Positions 62,755 to 64,000 of a DNA stretch of 64,000 nt are shown piece after piece. This DNA is from Malacoraja senta (taxonomy: Eukaryota): contig CM075995.1 of the NCBI GenBank assembly GCA_038087875.1, forward strand, positions 6,512,001 through 6,576,000, written 5' to 3'. Made by a program: the position numbers and the translations under genes. The notes under the pieces were generated by a model that was given only the letters and a program-made list of their open reading frames with translations, made no database searches and had not been told where the DNA came from. Position 1 is the first letter of the stretch; the number at the start of each line of letters is the position of its first letter.

Positions 62755-63559
62755 TTAGCCACAGTTGCCTCTTTCTTCCCCTAGAATTATTCTTCCTCTT
62801 TGGAATGAAAAGATCCTGCATCTTCCGGATTATTCCCAGAAATTCCTGCCATTGTTCTTCCACCGGCACCCTTGCCAGGGTATCTTTCCAGTCGACTTTG
62901 GCCGGCTCCTCCCTGATGTCTCTGTGGTCCCCTTTGCTCAGTTGCAATATGGACACATCCGGTATCACCTTCTCCTTCTCCAATTGCAGATTAAAACTTA
63001 TCATGTTGTGGTCGCTACCTCCTAATGGTTCCTATACCTTGAGTTCCCTTTATCAAATCCGGTTCATTACATAACACTAAATTCAGAATTGCCATTTCTC
63101 TGGTAGGCTCCAGTACAAGCTGCTCTAAGAATCCATCTCGGAGGCACTCCACAAATTCCCTTTCTTGGGGTTGAGTACCAACACATTCTATCTTCTTTTA
63201 ACCTAATGCCATGCATAATCATGAATAGTTTTTTTGGTTTAGAGATACAGCACGGAAACAGGCCTTCAGCCCACCAAGTCCGCACCGACCAGCGATCCCA
63301 ACACATTAACACAAGCCTACACACACTAGGGACAATTTACACTTATACCAAGTGTACAAACTCAAGTCAATTCATCTACAAACCTGCACGTCTTTGGAGT
63401 GTGGGAGGAAACCGAAGATCTCGGAGAAAACCCACATCGTCACAGGGAGAACGTACAAACTCCGTACAGACAGCACCTGTAGTTGGGATCGAACCCGGGT
63501 CTCTGGCGCTGCAAAATTTCTTTTCCCCGGAAGTTTTTATTTCTTAGTCGAAATGCAGT

Positions 63560-64000
63560 TAGTGCAGTTTTGGTCTCCCAATTTGAGGAAGGACATTCTT
63601 GCTATTGAGGGAGTGCAGCGTAGGTTCACCAGGTTAATTCCCGGGATGGCGGGAATGTCATATGTTGATAGAATGGAGCGGCTGGGCTTGTGTACTCTGG
63701 AATTTAGAAGGATGAGAGGGAATCTTATTGAAACATATAAGATTATTAAGGTTTTGGACATGCTAGACGCAAGAAACATGTTCCCGATGTTGGGGGAATC
63801 CAGAACCAGGGGCCATAGTTTAAGAATAATAGGTAAGCCATTTAGAACGGAGATGAGGAAAAACATTTTCACACAGAGAGTTGTGAGTCTGTGGAATTCT
63901 CTGCCTCAGAGGGCAGTGGAGGCTGGTTCTCTAGATGCTTTCAAAAGAGAGCTAGACAGAGCTCTTAAAGATAGCGGCGTCAAGGGATATGGGGAGAAGG
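63560..64000 (+). mobile_element. CR1 LINE 3' fragment (runs off the window)
   Basis: Same CR1 C-terminal coding sequence as 2586-3020. Confidence 0.85.

Larger units (their letters stand above)
61185..63180 (-). mobile_element. CR1 LINE ORF2 fragment, degenerate, with nested insertions
   Basis: NYRPVHLTLVVGKILE, QHGFVKRRSCLTN, GVPRGSVLGPLLF; interrupted at 61390-61570 and 62435-62754. Confidence 0.85.

Overview
This is repeat-dense vertebrate genomic DNA, most likely from a cartilaginous fish (skate/ray/shark), judged from HE1-type V-SINEs and HER1/CR1-type LINEs. It holds four in-phase internal coding exons of JARID2 on the + strand (15682-15917, 34220-35210, 54200-54687, 60873-60965; JmjN and ARID domains); the start and end of the gene lie outside the window. 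The introns are filled with CR1, L2, Rex1/Babar and Penelope-like retroelement fragments, more than 20 tRNA-derived V-SINEs, three Tc1/mariner copies (one Passport-like and nearly complete), Harbinger- and hAT-like MITEs, microsatellites and a 200-N gap. The two most interesting signals are RNA-level. First, a 136-bp TSD-flanked mini-retroelement (32014-32149, - strand) begins with a complete 54-nt minimal HDV/CPEB3-like ribozyme fold and ends in a (GAA)n tail. Second, about 20 minimal hammerhead-ribozyme motifs sit in Penelope-derived tails, eight of them in fold-back units that turn around at the ribozyme, two bounded by perfect 12- and 14-bp TSDs. Other oddities are a telomere-repeat-carrying 8-bp-TSD element, a 232-bp multi-hairpin insertion, and a CpG-rich repeat-free island with a possible alternative JARID2 first exon. 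All structures were read by eye; no folding, alignment or database search was run, so novelty is unverified.
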